Source: Ascidiella aspersa (taxonomy: Eukaryota). From it: a stretch of 64,000 bases of DNA. Location: positions 7,812,001 through 7,876,000 of the forward strand of contig OZ004614.1 in NCBI GenBank assembly GCA_963924565.1, given 5' to 3'. This document shows positions 38,731 to 53,700 of this stretch, piece by piece. Each line of letters opens with the position of its first letter. Position 1 is the stretch's first letter. Below the pieces are notes generated by a model. It was not told where the DNA came from. It did not search any database and saw nothing but the letters and a program-made list of their open reading frames with translations. The translations under genes and the position numbers were made by a program.

Positions 38731-41700
38731 ATGGAAATTCCAGATCTGAGTCATTTAACTCCCGATGAACAAGAGCAAATTCTAGCGGTTATCAAGCGTC
38801 AGCAAGATGAAGAAAAAAAGGAAAAAATCATGATTAAGTGAGTTTAGTTTTACCCCACCCGAATCGCCTTTTTTATTTTCTAGTGACTCTCAAAGTTTGA
38901 AAAAGAAAAATTACGGATTGTGTAGTTAAATTTTTAGATAAACTTCAAGATTGTCACACAAAATATAGCAACCTTGTCAGTTATACAGTCCAACCACTAA
39001 ACAATTTACCAAACAAATTAGGTTTCATCACTAGAAGGACCAGCCAACATAAAGTTTATCAAATTATCAATTTCCTGTGTTTTGCCAATCTTTCATGGAA
39101 CACAGGTTGAAAGCCATTGCTGTAGACCCGTGTTTCTCAGTCTTTTATGACTAGCGGTACCCCTCAGAAATAATAAATATAAAACCCCTACAAGATTTTT
39201 CCGTAGGTAATTGACTGAAATAACAAACCATAAATGGAATTGAAACAACACACAACTCTACACAATGTACAACGTTATAATTGGATTTATTCCACTCTAA
39301 TCTTACACAAAAAGGTTTCAGGGAAAATCAGATTTTGCAAGATTTGCAAATTTATCTCTGCACCCTTAAGCATTAGAAATGGCACCCCAGGGTGCTGCGG
39401 CACCTTGGTTGAGAACCACTGCTGTAGGCAGTTAGTTACTGTACTAAGAGATAAATCCATCAGCCATCTTTTCTGAATGAACTGAATCGAACTTTGTGCT
39501 CAATGTTTTGAACAGAAATCTGCAGGAGCAGTTTGATTCTTACAAGGATCATGTCAAAAAGCCTGCCCAGGATGTTGTGCAAAGTCCTATCAAGAAATTA
39601 TTATCACCAACTTCTGATTCCGGACAGGTAAGATTATTGCATATGACAATACCATTTGTCATTTAATAGCGCCACTGGATTTCCAAATTTAGAATTACAA
39701 GAATACGGCTATGAACAACAAAAAAAACATAAGGAAATGTCTTGTAAATATTTTCACAAAACATCTTTATATTTCTGGTATTTAAAAATTGATTACGAAA
39801 TAAAACAAATATTTTTACGAATAGTGTAAATTTTTTTTTCACTTTTACTTTGTAAAAATAACCCCTAATTTCCTTGAAGTGTTAGCATGTAAAACATTCC
39901 TTGTTGAATCTAAAATTATTTATTTTAGACAAGTATATTATTTTTAACTGGCTAAATCGAAAGTGTTAAATAAATACTGACAAAATTAGAAATCAGTTTT
40001 ACAAAATGTGTTTAAAGTAAGTGCATAGTTTTGTTTAGAACCCAGGTAGTTGTTCTATTGATAAAAACACTCTCAAAAAAGCTTATAATCCATGTATCAA
40101 CAAATATATATACTTTTATCAAGGTATGTCCCATGTGTCATAAAACAAAGATGGCAGAGGGCTGTGGTCACACCTGTGCATATTGTGCCCTGCGTTTCTG
40201 CTCGCGTTGCGGTGGACGTGTGAAGCTTCGATCTACAAAGGTCAGTACTGAGTAAAATACCTGTATGTGTATCACAAGTAAGACTGCTAATTAGAGATGC
40301 GCGATATTATCGACCAGTATTCAACTCCTACATGGACCGATATTTTACTAGGAAACTATAGTATTTCCTTACATACAAACAAATTTCCTTATTTTTAAAA
40401 TTCGGAATGTGCAATTTGCTTTTATTTTGGTGACTGACTAAAACAGTTTGGTTGTAGAGTATCATAAGGTAATATATACAAAGTAAGAGTTATGTAATCA
40501 AAAGATAAACTGAATGCAATTTGCATAATATTTTTGATGTATTTTTTGCATAATATAGTTTGATGTACTGTTTCTCACTTGTATATAAAAATCAGTTATG
40601 GTAATCATTCCAAAAAAGAGATATGGGCCGATCTCTACTGCCAATGCTTTTGTACGTCTGATAAATAACAAATTAGTGTCTTGTCAAGCAACCCAATGTT
40701 TTACCAGTTTAGAATACTTTATAAATATATTTTTTGTAAAATGTGTATGTATATGTATGTGAATTTCAAAAATAAGTAAATTGGTGTCTGTTTTTTCATA
40801 TCAACTCTACCTTGCAATCCTGTTTTGAATCAACACCATGGAATAGAATGAACGAATGGTAGGTCAATTTCATATGTATAATCATAAGAATTGGAATTTT
40901 ATATATTACTTGCATCACACAAGCATTGAATGCCTGTGTTTTTTCAATTTATCTGTTATTGCGCATGCAGTACAAACAGTTTTGTTTGAACACAAGCTAC
41001 CTACTTATGGCACATTATTAAATATGCCCAAAATATGGCATTTGTCTGAAAAGAATTGTCCTACAACCCATTTTTTGACATTGTAAACAACTTTCAACTG
41101 CATTGAGAAAAGTTAACGACCTGTTTTTTGGTAATTTGTGTTTTAAAAGCTACTTTTCATTTGGTGACTGTCAACTGTATCTAATTTATTATCTCCTGCA
41201 TCATAAATATGGGCCCATCTATTTTAGATGAGCCTTGACCACCACTGCTTTTTTGCAATGTGAGTCAGGAATGATTTATGACTAAACCAGGTTGCTTTTT
41301 AGTTTTGTCAGATGACCTGACAACAATTAGGAATTAGGCCAGAATTTTAAATATCTGTAGAATGATTTATTCGCCGCCAAAAAAGTGAATAGATCTGTTT
41401 GAAGTTGCACAGTTCGTAGTTATTTTTACATTCACCAACTTTTATTCTGCAATTAACTATTGCTTTTGTTTTTTCAGTATTATAATACTTGTAGACTGAC
41501 TTTAGCCTTCAAGATAATTTCAGACTTGTAAAACAAAGCAAAATTTTACATAAAATTGGCATTGTAACGTTTGTAAACTTAAAACGGTAAAAAAACACTA
41601 AAACAATCCGAAATTGCTTTATCTTCGGTGAAAAGATCCGGGTGGCAATGCCGTCATTCATTGGTGTCGAAAAACGTGGAACTTTTAATTCCGTAATGCG

Positions 41701-44700
41701 CGGCGGCGGCGCTCTTTTCAAAAGGCAAAAATCGATCGTTCAGTTGGAAGAGGCTTTAGAATTCTCTCAATTTATGTTTTTGTGCACCATCGCGTCCTGC
41801 TGCTGTGAAGCCGACATGGAAAACGAGGTTACCTTCTCAAGAATATGAAAGCGTAGTTAACAGAAAATGCGCAGCGCTAAAAAAACAAGCGGCATGACCT
41901 TCCCGGAGATAACCGGGCGAATAATTCGTGAATGTATCTATGCGTCACTGCCGATGAAACACCAGGTCATCGCCGTGAATCACCCACAAAAGACAAAAAT
42001 ATTATAAAAGAAAGGCCCAACATCAAGCAATTTCCCAAAAAATCGCCCATTAAAAGACACAAATATTGTAAAAGAAGGCCTAACGCCGAGCAATTCCCCA
42101 AAAGCTTGAATAGTTCGATTTCAATGTGCGTCGACACGGTTCCGGCCCCCCTGGGCTTGCACTTGACCGCTCGCTCCTGTGGCGACACGCCGTCGTTTAC
42201 ACAGCTGCTGTTTGCGAGAACTCGGGGACTGACAAGGCCACCCTTTGCGACTGCGCCGGGCCGGGACCACTCGCATGCATTAGGCGACCTAGTGCCCTCT
42301 CTGGCTTTTAGTGCATCGACTCCCGAAAAGCGCCCGCCGATTAATTGCTTCTATACCAGTCGGCGGTAGTTCGACACACCTGGGCCCAAGAACCGATAAA
42401 ACGACACACCCCGCTAAAAGATCCCGCTTTTTACCAGCCATAAAAAATTGAGTTTTCTATAGGCTTCTCATATTTTAAAGAGCCAAAGAAAATTGAGTTT
42501 TCTTTAGGTTTCTCATATTTTTACAAGCTGAAGAAAAATTGAGTTTTTCCTAGGATTCGCATATTTTTACTCGTTTTCGGGAAGCTACCGTTCGGTTTTT
42601 AGAATTCCGTACAAAACGATTTAATGTCGAATACTGGTTCTACATCATGTACACTATGACTGGTATTGAATTTGTCGTTATCGTTGACAAGGAAAACATT
42701 AGAACGTCAAGACCACAAATATACACATGCGTGCTATAAGTTACGTTTCTGTTTTCGCAGCTGTTAACTAAGGCGTTTGACAAAAATCCTGTTTGCGAAA
42801 GTTTTCACGCAAATTTTACACATAGTTTTTGTTCCTCAGCTGTCTAATATCACTAGGGTATGTTTTTACGCATCGCATATTTCCTATACTTGAAACCAAG
42901 CAGTTTGTTTACCAACAACGTAAAGTTGTTTACGACGTTGCCTTCCATGAGAGGGCAATAAAACAAGCGTTACGATAGAGACTTCGAAGCGTTTATTTGC
43001 TGTCTTGCATTGGCGCAGTAAACTGTCCAGCAAACACGGCCATCATTTGAATTCACGATGTGACCACAGTCGATTTCTCATCTTTCCCCGAGTGCCCCCA
43101 TGCAGAAATTCTTATTATTGATCTATAGGCGCATTGCAGTTACGCTGCCCGGTCGGCCCGCTTTAAAATAATCGATTGCCATTTCAAATTCGGACGGTTT
43201 CAAATCGGCTCGATAACGTTGTTACATCTGAACATCTGATGAATATGCGTCTTACCGTTTTGCTTCGCTGCTGATACATGTTTAGGTTTTCTTACTTGAA
43301 AAAAACAAGCAAAGTCAATGCGGATGATTGACACGCCCACCTTGCCTCAATAAAGCGTAGTAATCTCAATCGCAGCATCTGTCCCGTTCAAAACCTGTTT
43401 AACCTTAGTGACTACGGTATCCTAATTCTAAAGCAACCATTATGAGATTAGTCTTGGTTGATATTGCTTTAAAATGTCGCCATTACAACCTCAGACAAGT
43501 ATTAAAATGTTTTTGTTACAAAGATGTATTCAAAGCTGTAAACGATATATATTAATATTGGCATACAAATACCTCGAAATTGGCCGTTCAAAGCAAATTG
43601 GGCGCCCGAATTAGAATAATACATAGCAAGTAAAAGGGTAAAAGGGAATGACGTTTTCTTAATCAGGGCTGCTCAAACTGGAAGTCGCCCAACGTATTTT
43701 AGGGGTCGTGATTGTCCTACATGAATATCACACAAAATGTTACATTCGTCGAAAGTTCACGATATAAACTTCGATATTTAATGTTTAAAGCTAATACAAA
43801 ACTAATCACGAAACTGAGCTGCACATTTCACAAAGTACGTGCAGAAGTAAACAACATAAAAGGTTATGTTTTCCAATCTAAAAGTTTAGCGAAAAGTTAA
43901 ATGATTATGGGGGGAGCGCAGTATAAAAAGTTCTGAACGTGCTGTTCCATACCTTTAATTTTCCCTGATGTACCTGATCAAATAGCATAAGAAGCACCCA
44001 CGGAACTGAGAGCCGTTTGAAAATGTAACGTTTGCAACACAACAGCGGTTTTAAAAGCGATCGATATTTAAAATCATCATCTGAGTAATCTCCGCTAACA
44101 CTATACCAAAACCCCGGTGATCCATTCGAAATTTGCGCTAGCCGTTAAGACTGTGGTTCTCTACATGTGGCCCACCTTCCGTATTGCGAATCGTACCGAA
44201 AGGCGTTTCAAGATAGTGCGCAAGCATCTTTTACTTACCTCTTATCGTCGTATGCCGAGTTTAGGAAATACAATATAAGTGTAAAATGATTGCGACTGGC
44301 GTATAACGTATATTCTCTCCTATCCACGTTGAGACAATAATCTAAAACAGCGGTTCTCAACCAGTGGCTTGGGGAGTATTAAAAAGGAATGTAACTTTAT
44401 TGTTCAGCCGCAAGTATCCCACTAATGCACGATTGAATGAATAATCTGTTTTAAAATATGGTCTGCTGTGTTTTGTTGTAAACCTATTTTAAAGCTTTTT
44501 CTTTCATAAAAATTCTATTGGGCCACAGAATTTTTTTGCAACGTAAATGGGACACGAAAGAAAAAAGGTTGACAACCACTGAATTCTGTGACTAGCGTCC
44601 GAGGCGAGTTTTTGTCTTTGGTCTATTTACATAGAAAGTTTTAATTAAATGATTTCTTTTATTGAGCGAACAGAAATATATACAACGGTTGGCATTGTAG

Positions 44701-47700
44701 TCATGTCCGATATATGACATTTTACCGATAACCGATACCTTGTAAAAACGGGACGCGATCCGACCCGGTACCAATGACGTCATTGGTATCCTCAAATCAA
44801 CACAAAATATAAAATTAAACCGATTAAAGGTAATTTTTTAGGTTGTTGGATTAAAACTGACTTTACCACTAAAAGGTTTAAAAACCTTTTCTTTTCTAAA
44901 TATTTAATAAATTTATCTTTCAAGATAAAAATTGCTGGGTTACATCTCAAATAATAGATAAAATACTTATACAATGAAACATATGTACACACATATGTAT
45001 GCTAACAACTGAAATCTAGCCCTTCTCAAGTTGATTTTTGACCAACGATTACATATCATCAGTACACTGAAAGCCATTGCAGACTCACCGAATCTGTCGA
45101 TCAATGATGCAAGCAGAGCAGGCGAAAATACTTATTAATTAGGAACGGATCGGAGCTGATGATGCCTTAATATCGGCCGGGCACTGATACTTCCAGCTGG
45201 CTTCGGGTATCGGCTCCGATCCGATACTATCGGACTTCTCTAGTTGGCAGCAAAACAAACCGAACGATTGCTGCTTTGAAATGTGCATTGATCCAGACGT
45301 ACTAGGTTATCAACACAGAGCTGTCCCGACAAGTAATTATATATTTTAACTGCCGCATTCCTATCACATAGATCCTTACATTTTTTGTGCTTCCCATTAA
45401 CCTGTTATTTGCACACAGAGCTGGTCCACTTTCCAGGCCATTAAACCGAAGTTTGCTCCAAAAACAAAAATATCCGTGAAATCACAAAACATGGTTAAAT
45501 GCCTTTATTGCTAAGTTATAAAATCAACATCGATACGCAACGACAGTGAAAAGTGTTAGGATTATGTTGGTGCCGATACGTTTCAGTTATTGGTTGCGAT
45601 CTAACTTATCGTTTTACAGTATGAACTTTTTTACAGTAATGATGCAAGCAGAGCAGGCTAAAATACTTATTAATTAGGAACGGATCGGAGCTGATAATAC
45701 CTTAATATCGGCCGGGTGCTGATACTTCCAGCTGGCTTCGGGTATCGGCTCCGATCCGATACTATCGGACTTCTCTAGTTGGCAGCAAAACAAGGTTGAG
45801 AACCACTGCTTTAATAGTATGCTTCACAATTGACCTCAAGGAGTGTGCGGATCGGTTTATATTGTTATTGGACGCCATAGATTGTACAGTAATGGTATTT
45901 GGAGCAAATGTGTTAATGTCGTTCATTTCAGTATTTGACAGGGATTAATCGATTTTTTTTTTCTTTTGTACTTCGGCGCTTGTGCCTGTGGAATTAAACC
46001 TTGGTAAACTTCTTGTCGAATTGGATTCGCAGTTGCTTTATTTGCAGTGACCCTTACTGAGAAAATGCGGTTGATCTTTTGAATTTGAACATAAAGCTTA
46101 TTAAAATTCCTATCAATAGGTGCTGGGACGCAAGTGAAGAAAAAAAACTAATTTTACTTTGCAAAGTAGGTCTTGGATTACAAACCATGGCTGTAATACA
46201 CAAATTAGTTTGGTATCGGATCGGCACCGATAACACTAAAGTATCGTACGAATACCATTCGTGTCACTTTATATCGGGCGTCGGTTACGATCCGATATTA
46301 TCGGACATCACTAAGGTGTTTTTATGCGTGAAAACACGTTAACGCTCGTCCAATCACATTCCGCCACGACCACGAATTTCGTCTCTTCTTTCTATACCCA
46401 CATTTTCCTGGGATATTTAGAGTATTCAGAAAATGTCATGAAATGGCGAGCGCTTAATCACTTACGTAACGTTTTTTTCGAGATAGAGTGACGTCATACC
46501 CTGTGGATTGGCCACAGTCGAAGCGAAAGTTCATCCCTCAACTACATTTTTTTGCGATTTACTTGCATTAAAAGACAAGCATGAGACTTTCAAAGTGCCT
46601 AATTCTAGACGTGAAATACCGGAAATATTTTTGCGAAAAAGCGTATGTCGAAAGCCAAAAAGTTACTTTAAAAAGTACTTTAATTCGCTCTTGCAATTAT
46701 GCCATTCTCTGTTAAAAGTGCCTTAAGTAAACCTTTTAAGTAGATGTAAAGACCCCTCCATTTTCGGTGAAGTAATCTTTGTAGTTTGAAACAACACGCC
46801 TGATTTGTTCTAAGATTTAAGAAGTATCAAAAGTATGTACAGAGGTAGGTAGCATTTTGAACGTTTCGAATATCTTTATTCATTGTCAACATCGTTACTG
46901 AAAATTAAGATGTTGAAAATGAATAAAGAGATATTCGAAACGTTCAAAATTCTACCTAATTCTGTATGGGCTTAAAAATTCCTAATACGTCTTACTACAA
47001 TCTCCAAGCATTGTGCTATTAAAAGTCAACGCCGAAACAATGCGAACAATTTGTACGTTACGCATAGCTCACTATATTGGAGCTGTAGAAACGACGCAAA
47101 TGCGACGCACAGAATTCCGCGGTCGATTACGTCAGAGCTGTCTCTCGATAAGATCTCGAATACGCCTCCACTTGTTTGTAGCCACGATTTCCCCACGAAT
47201 AGTTCTCAAGGGGAGAAGGGCCCGCCCGCGTGTCCTTGCCTGACGTCCGATCTACTATTGTTGTTGCAGCCGAAACTCAACTTTGACCTCTTACTACAGC
47301 TACGGGGGCTGTAGGGCGCTTTGCCTGTTTTCGCCCTTCCCGCATAGCGTGACATGTTTGATGCTCTGTGAAATTTTGAAAACAAGGTTGTGGTCTGCCA
47401 TTGTCTTTGGTACATGCCATTTTCTTTTGTACATGTTCTACAGCAGTGTTGCGTAGCCTTTTTCGGTGGCTACCCAAAAAGTATTGCAGCAAAGCTTTGG
47501 CGACCCGTGTTCTGTTGCGCTTTGAAGTTTTGGGCGCCATTATTTTAACTAAGCGCCCATGTTTAATTTAGTCATCGTACTACAGCTGCAAGGCGTTCTG
47601 CGTGCACAGAAATTGGAGGGCGATTTGGGCGTTTTTGAACATTGCGATATTTTTCCTAGGCTTAAGAACTATAGGTAATCCAATGTTACTTAAATCGATA

Positions 47701-50700
47701 GATTTCTTTATGCATATTCGATTCATTGCCCCTTCTAGCAAACTAGTTTTAGACCCAATCTCAGAATTATTCCAGTTTAAAGTAATTTAATCAGGCACGA
47801 ATTTCTGCCTTTCATGCCTGCGAGTTTTTAAGTGTCTTTTCGCCTTGTGACGCAAATGGCTTAACGCTTCAAATCGAAAAGCCCTTCAAAATCCAACGAA
47901 GCCCCAACTTCCGAATACCCCAGGTGTGCGCGAACGCAATTTCGGCTCGCGAAAAATCGCAGAAAAGAACGCCCGAGAACCGAAACCGGGCCATCTCGAA
48001 ATAGCGTCGCGCTATTTTCGTGCTGGATGTGGTCTCTCTCAGGCTCAGAAATTGCCCTTCCACGCGATTACGCGGCTTGGACGCTTTCACCTTGCGTGCG
48101 TAATAACTCGCCGTGTGCTCGTTAAATTCGCCTAATACGCCTGCATGCGTTCGCCAATTTTCTCCGCGGGTCAAAAGGCGCGGATTGTTTCGGATAATGG
48201 CCGAGCGTCTTATGGCCAGCGTTGAAGCTATAGAGTTTAAGTGGGTGCGTGTGGCGGTGATGAATGGTGTTTACAGCCTGTTGACATTTAAGGGACACTG
48301 TTAATCTGTGGTCGGCAAACTGTGGCCGCAGAGCCATTTTTAGTGGGCCGCGAGTCACTTTTGAATAGTTTAGTCTTATCGTGTAGTTGTGGGTCGCGTG
48401 ATAGCCGTACGTACATTCATTGCACTTTGTTTTAAAAATACATGTGGCTTAGAATTTTTATATTCTCCAACGTGGTTTAAACCCACGTCACAATACGGCG
48501 CGTTGGCAAAAAAGGAGCCCGCCGAATATTGTGCGCGGGTTGTGTTAAAAAAAATCCTGGCTTCGTAATCGACAGATTTTAAGGCGCACCGTTTAAAACG
48601 TTCGATATCAATATCACATTCACTTCATTATTTTTAGCGAAATCTATTTTTGACTCGTGAGGTAGATTTAATGCTGAAACAATTGAATCACTGAAATTCG
48701 CTTTGAAAGGCGAGCAAGAAGGCACCCGCTAACCTATTGGAAAGTGTGCTTATCGTTGTTGGTCGCTATAAGGCTTTAGGGTCAAGTTTTATATGTTTGT
48801 GTGCATAATATTTAAATAATTTATATTTATAGTTCTTAACCTTGGCCGGTTCGACCTGTTTACAAAATAGTCAAAGTTCTTGTTGTTTTCAGTCATTGCC
48901 TGGAATACGTGATTTACATGGAGAAAATTCGCAAAAGAAATTTCCGGAAGTGTTTTTTTTTTTTTTTTTTTTTTTTTGAAAACACCCAGGATTATAGTTG
49001 TATAGGTCAAACACACCGTACTACACCTCTGGAATACACCTGTTGATCGATAGTAATTTAAGCGCTCAACAAATATCAGAATCGGTTGTAAAGAAACAAC
49101 AGGATTGGTTAAAGATCGGAGTTTTTTACTAAGTTTATATTTTATTCTTGTCGGTCCCGCAAGAAGTTTATTTGTCACTCCAAAAAACAGCGCCATAAAA
49201 CTGCCTTTGCACGCGCCTCGCCGTTTTATGTTTTGTCTTATTGCAGCCAGCGTGCCTAATAGGTTGCCCATTAGCTGCCAAAGCAATCCTGACAGATTGG
49301 TTGCTCACAAGATTAGCTGATAATATTACTAAATCCTTTCGAGTTCTCATCTGCTCTTTTAAATTTCTCATCAAAAGCCGCATTGATTAATATCATCAAG
49401 ATTAAGCAAGGACGAGATAAGGGTGTGGTCCTAAGACCTTGTGCTTTGCATGTCATGTTTTGCTTGCAGCAATGCATTGTTATAGACCAGTGGTTCTCAA
49501 CCTTTTTTCCTTCGTGGCCCATTTACGTTGCAAAAAAATTCTGTGGCCCAATTGTTTTATGAAAGAAAAAAATGTAAAATAGGTTTAGAACAAAACACAG
49601 CAGAACATATTTCAAAACATTTATTCAACCGTGCATTAGTGAGATACTCGTGACTAAACAATAAATTTACATTCCTTTTTGATTCCTCCCTAAGCCATAA
49701 TTACTGTAAAATTAAATATAGCGACACAAACGAAACTATATTTAGCTTTTTTAAATTGGTCTGTGACCCACCTCAAATGTTCTTGTGGCCCACCAGTGAG
49801 CCATGGCCCACTGGTTGAGAACCGCTGTTATAGACGATCCAAGAAAAATAAATAGCTAAAACAAATTGAGAATGGCTGACTTGTCTTCTTGTGAAACAGC
49901 CACCTGAACTTCCTTTGTTTCCTACCGTTGAACAACCTAGCATTGTAGTCCAGTAGACTATTATTATTATCACTTGTTCAGTTCGTGTAGTGGAATAGGC
50001 AAGCGTGACGTCCCCGACGTTCTATGTACCAATTTAATTTCCCCCTCACCCTAACGCTGACTCCAAATGAAATAGGAGAAATAGCTTTTCAAATCCATCT
50101 ATTTTTATTCACTTCTCGGTGTTGGTGTTTTCAACTATGGCGTTTTACCTTTTTCTTGAAGTTTATTTTGATGAGTTTAATTTTTACGAAACCAACAAAT
50201 TACCAGCTGTGTCCTACGTCATTCATCTATTTTTTTCCTTACGTAAGTTCCACATTTTAACGCGTCACAAGTCTAAAATAATGGATTCTTAACCCAAATT
50301 GCAGCACATCGCCACAATCTTGGTTGATTTTTAACCGTCCAAATGATTAGGTGTACAAATAGTACAGATTCGGGGATGCTGTTAATCGATTTTATTTTTT
50401 CCCTTGCGTAAGTTCCACATTCTAACGTGCAACAGGCTCCTTAAAAAGAGTCGGATTCTTAACAAAAATTGTACGCTGAACGTTCGATTGATTGTGTTGG
50501 TAAATAGTACTGTTTCGGGGATACTGTTAATCTTCTAACTAACTAAAACTCCTATGCGCGTTTTTTTTTTCATTACAGTTTAATCCATTGTATTGTATTC
50601 TTTGGTGCCGCGCAGTCCGACAATGCTCGAACTTGTCTCATGTGGTTTACTGTGCAGCTGAACCAACCTCGCACCCCTATACGTCGCTGTTTGCCAACCC

Positions 50701-53700
50701 TACGTGACTTTTTCTCTTTTGTTCTCACGCCAATAGCGAAAAGCGGTTTTGCGTCGCTTTTGTGCGTCAACTTTCGCTTTTGTGCGCAAACTTTGCCAGT
50801 AAAAACGCGTTAGGGCGGTCTTCTCTAACGGGCATTGGTTCTCAAACTTTTAGGGCTTATGACACCCTTTATTCATTAAATTGAAATAGTCGCGACAACC
50901 TTACTAGCATTTTCGCCAAGCAGTTAATCATGCTGTCACGATAAACTAACTTGAAACCGTTTACATCAACTGACCAAAGTTGGAAATACATCCTGAATTG
51001 GTTGCACTTCAATCGTACATAAAAGATTGTATTATAAAGTTCACCAATAGAGAGAAAACTGAAACAAAAGGGATTTGAAATATCTCTTCGCACCCTTTTT
51101 GGCGCTTTGAAACTGTACCCCGGTTAGGAAGCGCTGATATAGAGCGATAACCTTGGTTGCTTTCGCAAATGATTTTTCCTCGTCCCTGTAATACGCCAGT
51201 GCTTCAAATTCCTTAATCAAATGAAAAATATTTCAACGCCATTGCCGGGCATCGCTGGGTTTTGATTATTTATTATTAGTATTATGATTTTAAAGGTTAA
51301 GTTATGTCCTAACAAGAGGTAAATTTACTTTTAATTTTTTTTACCGTTTGGCAATTTCCTTTTTTTAGGTACACTATGCACGAATCTGTAACGTAGGCTA
51401 ATAATGAATGCCGAAGTTAAAAAAGGTCGAGTTTATCGATAATCACCTTGGTAAAGGCGTTTCAATGCTTACTTGTATGTGACGTTAACTAATAATATAA
51501 TGATACAAGTGCATATTGAAATGTCTTCTTTCTTTCCTTTTTCTAAAAAAAACAAAATATATTTTTATTTTTTCAATTGACATTTTAGTAACTACTGCGG
51601 ACCTCGTTATGCGCCTGCCTTAAAATGATTTTTCGTTTTTTTGGTCAAGTCATTAAAAGGAGTGGCAATCAATTACGCCGGTCCGTCTAAGTCTGGACAC
51701 AGTTTGATATCAACTTATAGTTTTAAACGCTTTACAACTGACAGAAAAATTGTGATTAGGGCGTTTCGATACATTAACTGAAGATATGATACAAGTTCGT
51801 ATCGAAACGTCTTAATCAAAGTGATGTCGATTATTACTCGACCTTTTTAGTGTTTTCTAAAAGGAAAAACAGAACAATTTTTTATTTTTTTTAATTGACA
51901 TTTTAGTAACTACTGACGTCATTGTGCGCCTGCCCTAAACTAATTTTTATTTTTTTATATCAAGTCATTTAAAGGAGTGGCAATCAATTACGCCGGTCCG
52001 TCAAAGTCTAAGTGCACAGTTTGATATCAACTTATAGTTGGAAACGCTTTTCAACTGACCGAAAATCGTCAAAATCGACCGTCATAAATAAGTAAAGGGC
52101 GGCGCGGCGATGAATCAGCTTACAATTACTAAAATTGCAGCCCGAATGAATTTTAATCGGCCGCCAACAGGCCGCTGTTGGGCTGAGACCCTGTCAAGAC
52201 GAACCTAGTTGCAGCAGAGCGGGTGGCACCGTTGTAAATAATTAAGTAATCGCCATTTATGCGGAGCTCGTTGTCCCGTCTGCCCGCTCGTTTTCTATCG
52301 GTAGCGCTTTCCATTGATTGTCGCTTCAATTCCGCCTCTTAAAAAATCGTTTGTGTCTTCAATCCTTTGTAGCGCTGTACGTTCTTGTTGTATATCGAAC
52401 TATCGGTTATGGTCTCTTTGTTGGCTTATTTTAGGAGTTTTCCTGTTTAGCATAGGTTTGTCTTATTTTTTGTTCGCTGTAAGTGTTTAATTTCTTTCTT
52501 GATTTACATCGGTTGATTTTTCTTGTTTCGCATAGGGCTTTTCATAGCGTTATGTTTTTATTTAATATACATAATAAAGTTTGTCCACGTTTCATTTGCG
52601 ACAGGTCCTTAATCACATTTTAAGCGATCCAAAAGAACCACAAAGGTTCAAAAAGATCTAAAACAACTTTATTAAAAGACAGAATACTGCATGTTAAAAA
52701 CAGCATATTATACATATTCCTTTAATAAACTATTTTTAGATCTATTTTACCCTTTGTGGTTCTTTTGGGTCTTATTACATGAAGGGTCCAACAACTATCA
52801 GGGTTGAAACAGGCTTAGAAAAATATTATTTTTTCACCCAACATTATGAGCACATTGAATAGTATAATAATATATGGGTTTCCATTGTTCTTCACAGACT
52901 GTTTCCATTATTAAAAAAAACACGATTTGTCGGATACAATAAGACCTAAAAAGCAAACAAATTACCTAAAGCAGACATATATAAAAAACATAGTATTAAG
53001 ATCAACGACATGATTAAGCGAAAAATTTACGTCTTATTCCGGCGGGTTAAGGACTTATTCCGATTTAGACAGTATTGCGACTATTATGTATTAGTCCTAT
53101 TTTGGTCTTCTCTTGAACTGTGTTTTATTCTGACGTTGATGTTGTTCTTATTTTGGTCTTATGGCTGAAGTCCGATTTGTTGATATTGGTTATGGCTCCT
53201 TGCTGTTGAAAAAAATCCCATTTTTTCATGCCAGTTGACAGCTATTCGAGTTGATGCTTCACATACTGCGAAAAGAATTTGCTGTTTTCTCAAGCCTTTA
53301 ACATTTGTGCGGACTCATTTGGTAATTGGCTGTTTCTCTATTACGACTGCGACGGCCCTTTGTGCGTAGCCATTAATCTGTTCTTTGAAATCGGCCGCTG
53401 TGTTTATTAAATTTGTACATTGGGTCACGTTCACTGGCTAAATCTCGACGCAGTCACGTTTCAATGTATACGGTTGCGCTCGAATTGATTTGGTTTTGCA
53501 CGTTGAAAATGTACGTTGCCACTTGAAGGGCTATATTACGAAACATGTTTACATTAGGGAACGATTATATGCACAAGTCACTCGCAACAAAGTTAATGCA
53601 AAACTGTTGCAAAAATACAAAAACATCAAAAGCCCATACAGTAACTAGTAGGTATAAATTTGAACGTTTTTGAAACTTTCTTAATACAGGCTTCTTCAAA

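Noticed and set aside
48789-49286. 165-aa minus-strand ORF
   Set aside because: It runs through a poly-T tract (read as poly-Lys), has no recognisable motif and has intron-like composition.
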